Of a stretch of 64,000 nucleotides of DNA, positions 1 through 15,339 are shown one piece after another. Positions within the stretch are counted from its first letter, which is position 1. Each line of letters starts with the position of its first letter. A program made the translations under genes and the position numbers. The DNA comes from the human T2T-CHM13v2.0 reference genome, Homo sapiens. The stretch is from assembly GCF_009914755.1 (NCBI RefSeq), contig NC_060932.1; one strand, written 5' to 3'. The notes beneath the pieces are model-generated. The model had not been told where the DNA came from. It was given only the letters and a program-made list of their open reading frames with translations, and made no database searches.

Positions 1-118
1 TAGAGATGTGGTTTTGCCATGTTGCCAAGGCTAGTCTCAAATCTGTGGACTCAAGCGATCCTCCTGCCTCAGCCTCTGAAAGTGCTGGTATTACAGGAAT
101 AAGCCACTGTGCCTAGCC
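1..118 (-). mobile_element. Alu left-arm fragment (old, AluJ/FLAM-like), truncated by window edge
   Basis: Antisense Alu sequence TAGAGATGTGGTTTTGCCATGTTGCC...AAAGTGCTGGTATTACAGG...AGCCACTGTGCCTAGCC. Confidence 0.9.
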
Positions 119-1101
119 TATATTTCAAATATCTGTGGCATATTGGTAAGGAATCTCTGTTGTGAAAAATGTATATTGAAATGAATTACTAACTTTGGGT
201 TTGCCTCTTTATTTTCCATCAATCTTCTCTTGTTACTGTAGACCCCAGAGGTCTACCCCAAAACTCTTTAGCTTCTTACATTACTGCTTCTTTTTGTAGT
301 TCATCCTCTATTTCTTATTGCTTCACTAAACAATCCTCTACTTATTAATGCTTCACATGGTCTCCAAGATGTTTTAAAGTATTCAGTTCTGAATGCCTTT
401 ACGTGTGGTGGAGTTTCAATATAGACAACATATTTATCTCTTATATTTCACAAAAATAAGGAGGTGGGGTATTTTTCTGGCCCAAAAAGAAGTCCAGATA
501 CAGGCAATTTAGGACTGATGCAGATGTTTGGTACTACCATCAAGAACCGATGCTCTTTCAATATTTCTTCTCTTCTATCATTGGCATGTTGGCTTAATCT
601 TCATGCTTCTCACTTCTTGCTTACAGAATGGCTAATGCTTAATGCCTCAGGTCCCTACTGAGACAGGAGCAAGAGATCAAGAAGAAAGGAATATAAGAAT
701 TCCATTTATGTTTATTTGACCTCATGGAGAGGGGATTGGATAAATGGAATTTTCACTCTTTACAGACTTTAAAGAAGAATCAGAAAATGGAGACTGGGAT
801 TGGAAGCAGAGATCCGATGGCCAAATTACAGTCTGCCACTGAAGCTAACACACCTATGGGTAAGAAAAGATCTCACTAAGAGGCAGAATTTCAGTTAGGC
901 CTTCATGGAGTGTTTTCACAGTTAGAAGGGAAAGGGACTTTTCAGGCAGAAATAGCAACAAGTGCAAAGGAACAGAGACAACAATGAAGTCACATATATA
1001 ACCAATTACATATATACAATATAATACATTGTGTCTGGCAGGGTCACAAAGATTCAGACCGTATCAGTACTTATCTTTATCATATGAGATACAGATAAAT
1101 A

Positions 1102-1427
1102 CTGCTATGATCTGAATGTTTGTGTCCCTCCCAAATACATATGCTGAAACCCTGCCCCCTAAGGTGATGGTATTAGGATTGTGTGGCCTCTGATTAGTGC
1201 TTTTCTATAAAAGTTTCAGAGTATTCTTTAGTCTCTTCCACCATGTGAGGGCACAGTGAAAGGAAGGACTTCTATGGAGCAGAATGTGGGCCCTTACCAA
1301 CACTGAGTCTTCCATTGCCTTGACCTTTAACTTCCCGGCCTTCACAACAGTGAGAAATAAATTTCTGTAGTTTATAAGCCAATCAGTCTATGGTGTTTTT
1401 TTACAGCAACCCGAATGGACAAAGACA
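1102..1427 (+). mobile_element. MaLR solo LTR (MLT1A-like)
   Basis: Begins TGCTATGATCTGAATGTTTGTGTCCC, contains GTGAGAAATAAATTTCTG, ends ...GCAACCCGAATGGACAAAGACA, typical MLT1A termini. Confidence 0.8.
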
Positions 1428-3714
1428 GGTACCTACAGTGAACTCAGTATTCAGATTCACAACAGTGATTAAGAAAACATTATCACTCAGAGAGTTTGTA
1501 ATGTGATAGAAAAGAAGAATGTCAAACATTTTTTAAAGTAAAAAGATTATGAAATAATGAAAACATTCAGGAAAATATGTTGATTCCTAGCAAGAATATA
1601 TAATAGTTTTTGTGAGAGAAGGATCATTGGATTCTTTCCTGAAAAAGTTGCTTTTGAGAAGACACTTGAAAGATAATAGCCATTATCCAGCAAATATGTT
1701 TGCAAGGAGAACAGGATACTCAAGGAATAGAAAACAGCATATGCAAAGTTATAGACTATGATCAAAAACATTTAAAAAAATTAAAAGACAGTAAATATAT
1801 TCAAGGTGGGCAGAACAAAGAGGATGTGGGGAAGAGGGGCTAAGATGAGACTTTACATACAGGAAGGGCCCTAATGAGCCATGTGAAGGAATCAAAGAAA
1901 GTGGAATATTTAGAACTAATGAAAAGTCCACTGAAGGGAGAATATTCTGGCTTTTCATATTTCTTACTTGGGCCTGTAAGACTGTGTGAGCTGCTTCTTG
2001 CTGAATTCTCCATATACTCTTTCACCTTCCTTCGCCTTCACTTAGGCTACTATGGCCTTCTTTTCCTCCAATATGCCAAGGACTGGGGGTCCCTGATTCC
2101 TTCATGTCATAAAATTCATTATTCTATTCCATCCGTAGTTGTGGAGCCCCCTGGGCAGTGAGAAAGGTCAGGTTTTTGATTGGCAAAGTAAGCCTCAAGA
2201 CATTTTTAATTGCTCTTTCCTCCTACTAGACAACTTTCTCCCCTCATTTATGCATTGCTGGCTCTTTCTTAATATTAAAGTTTTTCATTTGCCAGAAAAC
2301 AGAGCCTCAGACACAGACTTTCATGCAGGTAGTTTAGCCTGGATGTGTTATCTGAAGAGCTTAGTAAATGGTAAGTGTGAGACAGGGAAGAAGGAAGAAC
2401 ACTGTTAAGCTGGTTTCTGCTGTGGCAGTTTGGGCTCAGTGACTGTTGAAAAGCCACGTAGAATGAACCTTACACTTGTCCACCCAAAGGATAAAAAGAA
2501 GGAACTTAATCTTCTGAATGACATCTGCCATTGGTCAAGCGTTGGCCTTGGTGTGTTAATTCTCTTGTCCTTCTTGGTTTGTACATCTGTGAAGGTATAA
2601 TGGTTTTCTGCAGGCATTTTACACTGCAAATTCAGAAACATACTGAGTAGAATAGAAGAGGTACTAGGTGTAACTGAGGCAAGGAAATGTTGGCTTGCAG
2701 TCTTTGAAGCTGATTGCTAAAGCTTTAGTGAGAGAGATGGAGAGAATGAGGGGTGAGGTTCAAAAGATATCCACTGAAGAGCTCAGCTCAAATACTACTT
2801 TCTTAGAGAGGCCTTCTTCAACTACCCAACCTAAAATATTGTCAACCACACTTCTGCCCCCTTTCACAAGTCCTGCATTTAAAAATTTTCGTAGCATTTA
2901 GCCCTCTTTGGAATTACAATATTTTCTTATTTATTTAACTATCATCTGTCCACCTTCCACCAGAACATAGCTCCATTCTGTCCTTCTCACAATCTCTGGC
3001 TTCTGGCAGGGTGTTGGCTATTAAGAGCCCTCAATAAATAATTGAGAAGCACAGACAAAAAATGAAGTTGGAAAATCATTGAGAGAAACTCATAAAAGTT
3101 CATATAAATCACACTAAGTTGTTTGAGTTTATATCTTTATGTCTTGGGAAACAATTTTGCAGGCAGTTTTGTTCTCATTCCACAGCTATAGAAGGTGGAT
3201 CTCAGAATGTTCAGGTTTACAGGCCACATATGCTAAAAGTGCTTATGGGACTACAATACAAACACCATTCGTTTAAGTCCCAAAGCTCCCTCAAGTCCCG
3301 GTACTGGCATAACTTAATGCTGCCTCTCAAGATTAAAAACACGGATCAAGAATATCCACAGGTTTTTGGCTTCAAAAGCAGCATACTCACCTTATTAGGA
3401 AATACTTCTGGATTTCCTAGGCTAGGTGAATCACACCATGTCTGTAAAATAACAATTTTCCTCCTAAAAGCTAAGCTCTTGTGTTAACAGCCCTATTACC
3501 CCATTAACTGTGCACCTCTAACCCCCGTGCTTCTGGTAACATTTTTGTAACTGCCCAATCTGACTTCCAATGTCATCTAGAGTGGCATTTGAGTCATATC
3601 TTCTCTTTATTCCAACTGTATATGGTGCAGGCCTCTATAGATATTTTCAAGAATTAAATAAATGAAATAACTAGTTGATTAGTAAAGCGTATCATACAAT
3701 GATTACAACCATAA

Positions 3715-4148
<434 letters not shown>

Positions 4149-4179
4149 TTGTTTGCTTTTTTCTTTCTTTTTGTTATTG

Positions 4180-4800
4180 AGGTATACCATACATATATAC
4201 AAAGTGCTCAGATATTGAGGGTATGGCTCAATGTATCTTCTGGATAGAGATTTGCATACATATAGAATGAAGTTTGAATACTTTCTATGTAGCATGGAGA
4301 TCAAGACACAGAACTTTTGCAGTATCCCTGAAATATTCATTCACCTTCCCAGTTAACACTTCACTACACTGAGGTAAGTATTATATTGACTTCTATTAGA
4401 TTAGTTTTGCTTTTCCTTGTATTTCATGTGAACAGAATCATAAAATATGTGCTTCTTAATACCTGGCTTGTTTTCCTCAATATTGAGACTGAAAAATTTA
4501 TCCATGTTGATATGTGTAGCAGTAGTGTTTTGTTTGCTTCTGATTATTTTTCACTGTATGACTAGATCGCAATTTATTCACAATTCTAGTGTCGATGATT
4601 TCCTCCCTCCCTGTTTTTGGCTGTTATAAACAAAGCTGCTTCAGATGTTCTTAAGTCTTTGGGGGCATGTGCACTCATTGCCCCTGGACATATATCTCAG
4701 AGTGCAGTTCCTGATCCAGGGGTAGATTATGCTTAGATTGAGTAGTTTCTGCCACTTTCCCAAAGTAAATATAACAAATTATTCTCCCTTCAGCAATGTT
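4180..4800 (-). mobile_element. Degraded old L1M 3' fragment
   Basis: Antisense L1 3'-end-like motifs (TCCATGTTGATATGTGTAGCAGTAGT, GGCTGTTATAAACAAAGCTGCT); boundaries approximate. Confidence 0.55.
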
Positions 4801-6987
4801 TTACAGTGCTAGGGGTTCGAAGTCTTTGAAGGCAAGAGATTTGCATTGTTTCTTTGTATCATTCATCATGCATTCCATATGCTTTACTTAGCAGGTGCTC
4901 ACTAAATATTTGTCGAAGAGCTCATGCGATTCCTCTCCCCTCGTGAGAAAAATATCTGACCAAATGGTGAGACTGGTTTCATTGCATCCAAAGGCACTGC
5001 AGGAGCACCATCAAGATGGCAAACTTGGCAACTGCAGTTGCTGAAGCTTGATGTTTTGTTTTGCTTTGTTTTAAGAATGTTTTCATCCTAATACATTATT
5101 TTTGTGACGAATCATATCATGAATAATTAGACTGATCAAAACTGGAACCAGATAAATGACCTGCTCTGCAACTGAGCTCTTTAACAAATGTGCAGTGCCC
5201 TGGAAGCAGCCATTGTCCAATCCCTAGGCAAAGCTCCTTGATTCAGGACACATTCCTTTACCCAGGAAGACAACAGCATTATAGAATGCAGGACCACAAA
5301 TCTCCCCAGAGATTAGATATTCAGCCCAAACTCTCCTCTGGATGCGAAGGCAATGTGAGCTAGGGGAAATGAAGAAAGGACATTAGAGTAAAAAACAATA
5401 AAAGTTAATGAGGTTTGAATACTGCCTATGTAACAGGGTGACCTTTGCAAGAGTTTTTAAAACTATAAGCCTCTATTCTCTTGTATATAAGTTAAGGATA
5501 ATATTTACTTTGTAGTGTTTTTATGAAAAGAAGATGTAAAATTTTGAAGTGTAAGGCAGGTGCCCAGCTATTGGCAGTGATAGCAATAATATAACATACA
5601 AACAATAAGTATCATCTAGTAGATGCATTAAAGATGTGCCAGGCACAGTAGTAAGCACTTTGCATCATTATCTCATTTTATCCTTCTGAAAGAATGCAGA
5701 ATGCCATGGTAGAGCTAAATACTTAACTGAGAGTCAGGCATTTGGCCAAAAAGAGGTGGACAGTTTGGTTATGTCTCTTCTACCACTTATCTTGGTTAAA
5801 TGTCTTGATTTTTCTTGCCTCTTCTTTCAAATCTATCAAATAGTGTTGTTGGATTAAAGTCTTATATACTACAAAATTATATTACCTATGTGTCTCACAC
5901 TTACAGCACATCAAATAAAACCAAGATAAAAAAATACGTAAGCAGCTATTATGTACCAATAAGTTTAATAGACAGCTCCTGCCCTCAAAAGACCTCTAAT
6001 TATAATATCATATGGTAAGAGTTCCTGTAGGAAGTAGCATTAAATTTGACTTTGAAGAATGAATAGGTGTATTGTAGGGAGGGGTATTCATTTGTGTAAA
6101 TGCTTGGAAATGAGTAGAAACACACTTCATTCTACGAAATCTGAGAAGCTCTTTTCTTAGGGAAACAAATGATGTGGGTATAAAATAAAAGTGTCAAGAA
6201 CTGTGGCTGGAAAATAAGTTGAGGTCAAATGGGAACCCAATTAGGGTCACAAAAAATTGAACCTAGAATCCATTTTTCTTTGATGGCTTATTTCCTATGG
6301 AAGGCTCATATCAGCACATTTCCTGGTTTTCAGATGACAAAATATGAATTGGCCTTGATTATTACTCCTCAGAGTGTTCAGGGGTGGGTCCCTCTTGATT
6401 TGTGTGGGGACAAGTTTAGTGCAGTGTTTAGACAGTGTGGCTTTAATTCTGTGCACACAGTTAGCATGGGAGATTGCTTCCTCTGACATTATTATGAGCC
6501 ATGAAGTTCTCAGATTTTACTGCTTCAAGTGAATCAAGCCATTTTCCAAAATGAATTATGGATCATAAACCCTTGGGGTGGCTATAGTGTTGCATTTTTG
6601 TGAAATCCATATTCGGGATGGACATTTATTGAGCACATAACTATTATAAAGTGTTAGCTGCAAAGTAAGTTTGGCTTGTGGTTGACTCAGCAGCAGAGGA
6701 GTTTAACATGTTCATTTCTGAGTGTTGGATTCCAATCTGCTCTTCTAAAATCCCATGTAAATGGGGTTTGGAGGTTTAGGCAATAGTCCAAGATGTGACT
6801 AGGATCAGACCCAGGCTCAGTTAAAGGTTCTGTGTATCGTCTCTGGGCAGAAAAACACTCAGCAGATGCTAAATAAGATAATTTTTTGGAGATAAAATTT
6901 ATGAGCTAAATTGAATGACTTCAATTTTACCAACCTACTCAACCTATACCATCTCTCCACTATCTTCCTTGCCTGCAAAGTGATGGG

Positions 6988-7162
6988 AGATAAAGACAGA
7001 GACATAGAGACACATACAGAGAGAAAACAGAGAGATAGAGAGACAGACAAATAGAAAATGAGGCACGGAGACAAAAACAGAGACAGAGACAGACAGAGAA
7101 AGATGGCTGGTAGGCAGCGGGACAGAGAGAGTCAAGAAGGGAGAGAGGAAGGAGAGAGAGGG
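6988..7162. repeat. GA/CAGA-rich low-complexity purine tract
   Basis: Runs of GACAGA/GAGA seen directly. Confidence 0.75.
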
Positions 7163-8121
7163 GTTGGGATGAGGATCTTCAGTTCTTATGCCATTGTTTT
7201 CTCCACTCACTTAGCTGATAATACTCAGGTATTTCCAGTCTTCTCAAGAAGCTCTCAGATGCATCCCCTCCTATTCTCCCAACTGCCCAAACATCTGATC
7301 ATCAGCCACACCAGTTCCCTTATCTTCTTATGCAGGTTGCCATCTTTTGTTTATTTGCTTATGAATCTAAGTCTTCAGTGCTGTTATCCTTGTAGAGATG
7401 GACTTTGCTTCATCTCTGTGCACTTACACCTACATCCATACATTGAATCTTCTAGGGGCAATTCTCCCCCCTATGAGAATAAATCATTCTCCTCTGTGTT
7501 CTCATAGCATTTTATTCAAGTTGCCTAAATATAATTTCATCTACTTTGATTTAGTGTTTGTGTTTTACCTATCTCCGTTTTAGACTGTGAGCTATTTGAA
7601 GACAGGGATGACGTTGTTTCATTCATTTGATCTCTCAGAGGACTGGTCTGGTAATGAGTGGCAAGCATTGCACTGAGAATGAGGGAACGGAGAAGAATTA
7701 ATGCTGTCCAAGAAGCCCGCAGGACAGCCTGGGTCAGAGTTGGTAAAATCCAATGTGACTACAGCAAAGTGAGAAAGAAGCTGCAGGTGTGAGGGGAATC
7801 CAATGAACATCTTGCTATAGAGTGAGTCAGAAATATTGTGTGAAATGAGCCTGGTTAAATGAAAAGAATTTAGTAGGCAAAGAATAAGATAAAGATAATA
7901 TATAAGGAGAGAGACTCATGTACTGTGTTCCAAATCAAACAGAACATTCAGTTCTTGGGAAATTGCAAAAAGTCAGGATGATTAGAACAAAGAATAACTT
8001 TTTGATCTATAGTTACTCCATTTTTGCAAAGGGAGAAGGGACAGAGGAGGTTAACATAAAATGTGTTCTCTAGGTGTCTACTATGTGACAGGGCTCCATG
8101 TTTTAAAGTCTTGTTTAATAT

Positions 8122-8572
8122 GATACAGAGAAGGCAAGCCCCAAAGTGGAGCTTAGCCCACTGGGTTCTTGGCTTTGCCCTGGAAAGATTTCAAGGGCAA
8201 ACCAGAGGTAAAAGAAAATAGCTTTACTGAAGAAGCAGTGTTACAGCTCTGTAACTGCTCCTGCAAAGAAGGGCTACCCTGTAGGAAGAGAGCAGCAGCT
8301 CAGGGCAGTTCTGGAGTCATAGTTATACCCACATTTAACTGTGTGCAGATTAAGGGGTGGTTTATGCAGAAACTTGGGGGAAAGGGATAGTACCTTTGGG
8401 TCATTGGGTCATTGCTATGGAAAGGGGTGGTGACACCCAGGTGTTGCCATGGCAACAGTAAATTGACATGTTATTCTTAGTGGGTTTGTTTGAATGAAAG
8501 CTGCTGTCACCCCAGCCCTGTTTTAGCTAGTCCTCATTGTGGTCTGGCATCTGAGTCCTGCCTCCTACCTCA
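8122..8572 (-). mobile_element. ERV1 (MER4-group, MER50-like) solo LTR
   Basis: TG...CA termini (TGATACAG ... CCTGCCTCCTACCTCA); reverse strand starts TGAGGTAGGAGGCAGGACTC...GAGGACTAGCTAAAACAGGG; subfamily from memory. Confidence 0.7.
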
Positions 8573-9729
8573 AATATATTTAATCCTTTAAGGTAGATAT
8601 TATCCCTATTTAACATGTGAGGACACAAAGGCTCCAAGAGTTGTCCACAGTTGCACAGCTTGGAAGTGGCAGATGTGGTCTCTGTGTTCATTAGCCTTCC
8701 TCTGTACCATATGCTTTTTCAGATAGTCGCCAAACACAAGAATACTGTGTTGTCACGCAAGCTTGAGATTTCAGTCACACATTGACATTCCTAAAACTAT
8801 CCAGTTACACATAAGCATGCTGTGGACTAGAACTAGAGTTCACTAATTGTAGGAAGTTGGCTTCCTAGAATTGTGAGAATGAGACTGCCTCCTCTGTAGG
8901 ACATAAAGGGAAATACGAAGGAAAAATATTCAACTTTGATTTAAATGAAATTCTGACTGGAATCTGATGCATTTGTATTTATCATTTGCTACCTAAAGAG
9001 CCCTACAGAAAAGGACAGAAATGTGGAGTGGGAAACTTTGATGCAGATCAAGTAACTGCTTCATCTGAATCTGAAGTAACTTCTCTGAATCTAAGTTCTT
9101 TACCAGTTAAATATGGGTATCAATGGCTATCTCATGATTGTGAAAACAATATATGCCAAGACATGTGGAAGTCTCATTAAGCTATATAGGTGCAAAACTC
9201 ATCAGCTATCTATGAAAATAATCTATTTTTTAAGATTAATTACCAACATTTTTGTCCAAATTGTTCTTAAAACTGGCAACTTACCAACTCCTAGAGCATT
9301 TTCAGCTAAATTCTGACAAAACTATATTCTTTACAAATACCATGACTGTTCCTAAAATACGTCTGTCTCTTCTTGCCACGTTTATTATACTCCCAGGTGA
9401 GCCCTGAGGCTTTCTGATTCTGTTCACCATTTCATGGAATCATTGAAACAAACAGTGACAAGTAACATGAGAAACCATATAACTGAATGCCACTACTAAA
9501 TAATTGAGAAACCTCAGTCCCTGTGTGTATTTCTTTGAAATTATGACATTTCATTTGTACTGCTTTCCCTCCACACTTAGGGCACTGGACTAACAGTAAT
9601 CTCTCAAATTATAAGGAACCCCCAGTTACTTACAGTCTCAGGGCTGTTGGATATCTGTTTCCACATTTTCATTACTAAGCTCTACAATCTGTTCTTCCCA
9701 CATCCCCAGTATTAACACCAAGACTTTCA

Positions 9730-9945
9730 TGTAGTAGAATAATCACCCTCACAAGGATGTACACACCCTAATCCCTAGAACATATTTTACATTACTTGGC
9801 AAAAGGGACTTTGCAGATATGATTAAAATTTAGAATTTTGAGAGATAAAGATTACTTTGTATTATATGGGTGGGTTCAATACAATGACAAGGGCTTTTAA
9901 AAGAGGGAGTCAAGAGTATCAGAGTAAGAGGAGGAGAAGTAATGA
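9730..9945 (+). mobile_element. MLT1 (MLT1C/D-like) LTR, 5' part, interrupted by the ERV1 provirus
   Basis: CCCTAATCCCTAGAAC...GGCAAAAGGGACTTTGCAGATATGATTAA MLT1 motifs; continues collinearly at 23993. Confidence 0.8.
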
Positions 9946-11098
<1,153 letters not shown>

Positions 11099-11655
11099 AT
11101 TGCTCCTCTGAAGAGGTATATCTAATTCCCATTGGAGTAGGAATGTTGACAGCTCTTAACCGCTCCATGCTGACAGGGGCCATTGTTTTGGGAAGATGAC
11201 ATTCAGATATCTCAGAGGCTTATCCAAGGGTTCCCAGTCAAGGAAGCTTTTGTCTGAGGCTCCATTTGCATTACTGTTTGAAGTTTGATGGCCTGAAGGT
11301 GAGAAGAGACAAACCGGTTATTAGGAAACATGGATCAAAGGAAACAAGCAGGTAAGGACAGCCCAAAAATCCTGAGGCTGCCAGAATGCCCAGATAACTG
11401 GTGGCTATACTTATGCCTGCTAAGACTTTGGTGCATGGAGCTTGGCTTTGGTTAGCTACCTTGGTCTTATTTCCCCCTCAAAAAATCCTCTGCGTATGGG
11501 CCACTCCATTTACCCCCATCACCTAGCAGGATTTGCAGGATAATTGCCCAGAATTAGAATATTGATCCAGATTTTTACATTACCCATCACTTTTGTTTCT
11601 TCTGAGCTGCAGCCAAAGATCACGGATTGGTTCACAGGAATAAGCAGGGTTAGTC

Positions 11656-12216
11656 TGCTGAGACCAGCTCAATCGGGGAGACCCTAACCCAGTGGCGCTA
11701 GAGGAATTAAAGACACACACAGAGAAATACAGAGGTGTGAAGCAGGAAGTCAGGGGTCTCATAGCCTTCAGAGCTGAAAGCCTTGAACAGAGATTTACCC
11801 ACGTATTTATTCACAGCAAGCCAGTCATTAGCATTGTTTTATTAACAGCAAGCCAGTCATTAGCATTGTTTCTATAGATATTAAATTAACTAAAAGTATC
11901 CCTTATGGGAGACGAAGGGATGGGCCAAATTAAAGGAATAGATTGGGTTAGTTAACTGCAGCAGGAGCATGTCCTTAAGGCACAGATCGCTCATGCTATT
12001 GTTTGTGACTTAAGAATGCCTTTAAACAGTTCTCTGCCCTGGGCGGGCAAGGTGTTCCTTGCCCTCATTCCGGTAAACCCACCACCTTCCAGTGTGGTCA
12101 TTATGGCCATCATGAACATGTTACAGTGCTGCAGAGATTTTGTTTATGGCCAGTTTTGGGGCCATTTTATGGCCAGATTTTGCGGGGGGGGGGGGGGGGG
12201 GGGCTTGTTCCCAACA
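11656..12216 (-). mobile_element. MER9 3' LTR
   Basis: Matches 16131-16643; polypurine tract AAATAAGGGGGACA immediately upstream on minus. Confidence 0.93.
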
Positions 12217-12219
12217 TGT

Positions 12220-13330
12220 CCCCCTTATTTGATTTGCAAATTGATAAAAGCAAAGGCAGCTTTGTCATGGTGAGCTACTTCTCACAGGAGTCAGGATCTG
12301 CATCTGCAGACTATACAAAGACAAACAACACAAATTAAAAGCACAATCTTTGAAATCACAGAGCTTCCAAGTGTTCATATCCATTTTAATGGGTTACTAG
12401 CTGCTAATCTGTCTGCAGCTCCTCCAAGCACTCCAGTTCCTGGCATTAAGGTCAGGTGTGCCTGGGATGCTTTAAACATTTGTTCTTTTAATTTTGCAAT
12501 ATCCAACGACAAGTTTGTAGAGTGTCCTTCTAGATGCTTTTTTTATTCTTTCCCAAATTTTGATCTTATTAAGAACTTTTACTAGTTTCCACAAATCCTT
12601 ATGTTAAGCTCCTAGAGCAGGCCATATCATGTGAGATTGAGATACCACTATACCACCATGGTTCCAGATAACAGGAACTCTTGCCATACTTCTTGCCATT
12701 TCTACCATCTGAATGTTGTGTTCAGACCAGCTGAACATAGCGTGGCCATAGCATGCAGTCTGAGAGGTGCAATTTAAGCTAAACTTCCCCTTACGGGACC
12801 AATCAATAATGATTCCATAGGAATCATTGTGTAGCACCTCTGACTGTTCTGCAATGCAATCTTCCTAAACAAACATGTTCATTTTTACTGGCCAGGTTCA
12901 ATTTTGTTTACAAATAGGTTTTTGAGGGCAATATGCCTCAATTATAGGAGCAAATTTATTATGATAAATACTGAGATCAGAAATCATGTGTAACTGTGTC
13001 AGAGTGATTACATCTAGGTATTCTTGCCAGCCAAGATTGATAAATATGCCCAATAAGTGTAATTGTTCTCTGTGTCAGCCCTTGTTGAAGGAATACTCAT
13101 GGCAATGGTGATCATCGCTATCATAGCTACCATTAAATTACTCATTGTGACTGGTTGTCCTGCTTTCCTCAGGTTTTCTTCCACCATCTGTGACAGCTTC
13201 TTGATCTGTCGCCAGGTGAGTGGCTGTGTTCAACGGGTGTTGCTTGTGACAGTTGGGGTCCTCCTCAGTGTCAGTCTCAACATGACTGCAACCGGGGGGT
13301 CCTTGGGATCCTCCCAGAATCTCTTCCTTG
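12220..13330 (-). pseudogene. env: HML-3 env remnant (disrupted, internally deleted)
   Basis: Manual minus-strand translation gives a signal-peptide region [35 protein letters not shown] (about 13040-13150) and a TM segment HLEGHSTNLSLDIAKLKEQ (about 12480-12540); stops and frameshifts present. Confidence 0.8.
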
Positions 13331-13399
13331 ACATCTGGCTCATGATAAGGTTTCAGGTGTCTTGATGGTATCCAAATCAGTTGTTGATTTTGGCCTGGA

Positions 13400-14490
13400 G
13401 ATACACAAGCATAACCTCTACCCCAAGTTATTATTTTACCTATTTCCCAACTTTTTTGTTATTGGATATCTCCACCAAATCAGTTGTTCCGCTTCTGTCT
13501 TTGCAGCTGGTTTCTGTAGATGCTGTTCAGCTGCTGATAACATCTGGCCTTTGGGCAGGCTCAAAAAATTTAAAATTAATAATGCTAGATTCAGTTGCAT
13601 CAGTGGGGTTCCATATTCTCTATTTCCCCCTTTCTGCTTTTGCAAATGCTCTTTTAGGGAAAGATTCATTCTTTCCACTATGGCTTGTCCTTGAGAATTC
13701 TATAGGATACCAGTAACGTGTTTAATATTCCACATATAGAAAAATGGAGCCAGAGTTTGGCTAGTATAGCCTGGGGCATTATCTGTTTTAATAGAAGCTG
13801 GAATGCCCATCACCCAAATCACTGCAAAAGATGACATTTAACACAGGCAGAAGACTCTCTTAATTGGCATGTAGCTCAGACAAACTGAGAAAAGGTGTCC
13901 ACACATACATGTACATAAGATAGTCTCCCAAATGAGGGAATATGTGTTACATCCATTTGCCAAAGAGAGCTAGGTTCAATTGCTTGCACTACATACATCT
14001 GGCAAATTGTTGGACTGTTTAACATGCCTTGTGGCATCACTTTCCAATGAAAACAATTAGGAGGCTGCAGGTTGTTTACTGCAGGATTTGTAAATGCAAA
14101 CCGTTCACAGTCTTGCTCAGTTAAGGGGATATTAAAGAAACAGTCTTTTAAATCTATGACTATTAAAGGCCAATTTTTTGGAATTATAGCAGGGAAGGCA
14201 ATGCTGGCTATAATGCTCCCATAGGTTGTATAACTGAATTGGTAACTCTTAAGTCAGTTAACATTCTCCGTTTGCCTGATTTTTTCTTAATTACGAAAAC
14301 TGGAGAATTCCAAAGGGAAAATGTTAGAGCTATGTACCCATTTTCTAATTGTTCAGTAACTAATTTCTCTAAAGCCTCAAGTTTCTCTTTACTTAGCAGC
14401 CATTGTTCTATCCAAAATTCCTTATCTGTTAACCATTTTAAATGTATAGGTTCTGGAACCTTAACAATGGCTGCCATCAAAAATGATATC
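13400..14490 (-). pseudogene. pol: HML-3 pol remnant: RT N-terminus fused to integrase core
   Basis: ORF 14208-14582 contains [15 protein letters not shown]...[20 protein letters not shown]; then [15 protein letters not shown] followed directly by integrase [27 protein letters not shown]. Confidence 0.9.
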
Positions 14491-14556
14491 CTAATCTTTG
14501 GCGAGAATTTTGTCTTTCCACTTGAAGCGGTTCTTTCAAATCTTGCAAATTTTTTT

Positions 14557-15290
14557 CTAGTCCCATACCAGTCCCATTTCATGCATTGTATGTTGACTTT
14601 GAGGGCTATATAATTGTTCTGGATGTGCTCCCCATTGTTGTAATAAATCTCTTCCCCATAAATTTATAGGTACAGAAGTTGTAATTGTTTGAATAGTCCC
14701 AGGTTGTCCATCGGGCCCTTCACAATGCGAAATATAACTACTTTGATATACTTCAGGGACTTTATCAACTCCAACTATGTTAAATTGAGTGGGTTGAATT
14801 GCCCACATGGACAGCCAGTGCTGTAGAGAAATGATTGAAATGTCCACTCCTGTGTCTACCAAACCTTTAAATTTATTTCCCTGAATAGTTATTTCACAGG
14901 TAGGACATTTATTAGTAATTTGATTTACCCAATAATCTGCTTTGCCTTGTTTATTTGTGCTTCCAAATCCTCCTGTTCGTTTAATTTCACTTTTCCCATT
15001 TCCACATATGGCACGATCAGGAGCTGTGCTATACTATCTCCTGGCTCTGCTTTCCAGAGAACAGAAGTAGATATAACAATTTGAATTTCCCCATTATAAT
15101 CTGAATCAATGATTCCTGTATGTATTTGTACCCCTTTTAAACTTAAACTAGACCTTCGTAGAAGTAATCCTATTGTCTCCGCTGGCAAGGGTCCACAGAT
15201 TCCTGTTGGGACCTTTTGCAGGGGTTCCCCAGGCTGAAGGCCCACAGTTTTCATGCAGCATAAATCTACTGCGGCACTACCGGCTGTGGC
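14557..15290 (-). pseudogene. pro: HML-3 dUTPase-protease remnant (frameshifted)
   Basis: dUTPase motifs RSSLSLKG and TGIIDSDYNGEIQI in ORF 14925-15254; aspartic protease VDTGVDISII and [14 protein letters not shown] in ORF 14557-14862. Confidence 0.92.
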
Positions 15291-15339
15291 AGGAGACAGA
15301 CATTGTACAGGGGTGAGGGAATGGCCTGAGCTGGAAATG

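Noticed and set aside
7058-7507. 149-aa ORF
   Set aside because: N-terminus derives from the GA-rich low-complexity tract; no recognisable domain
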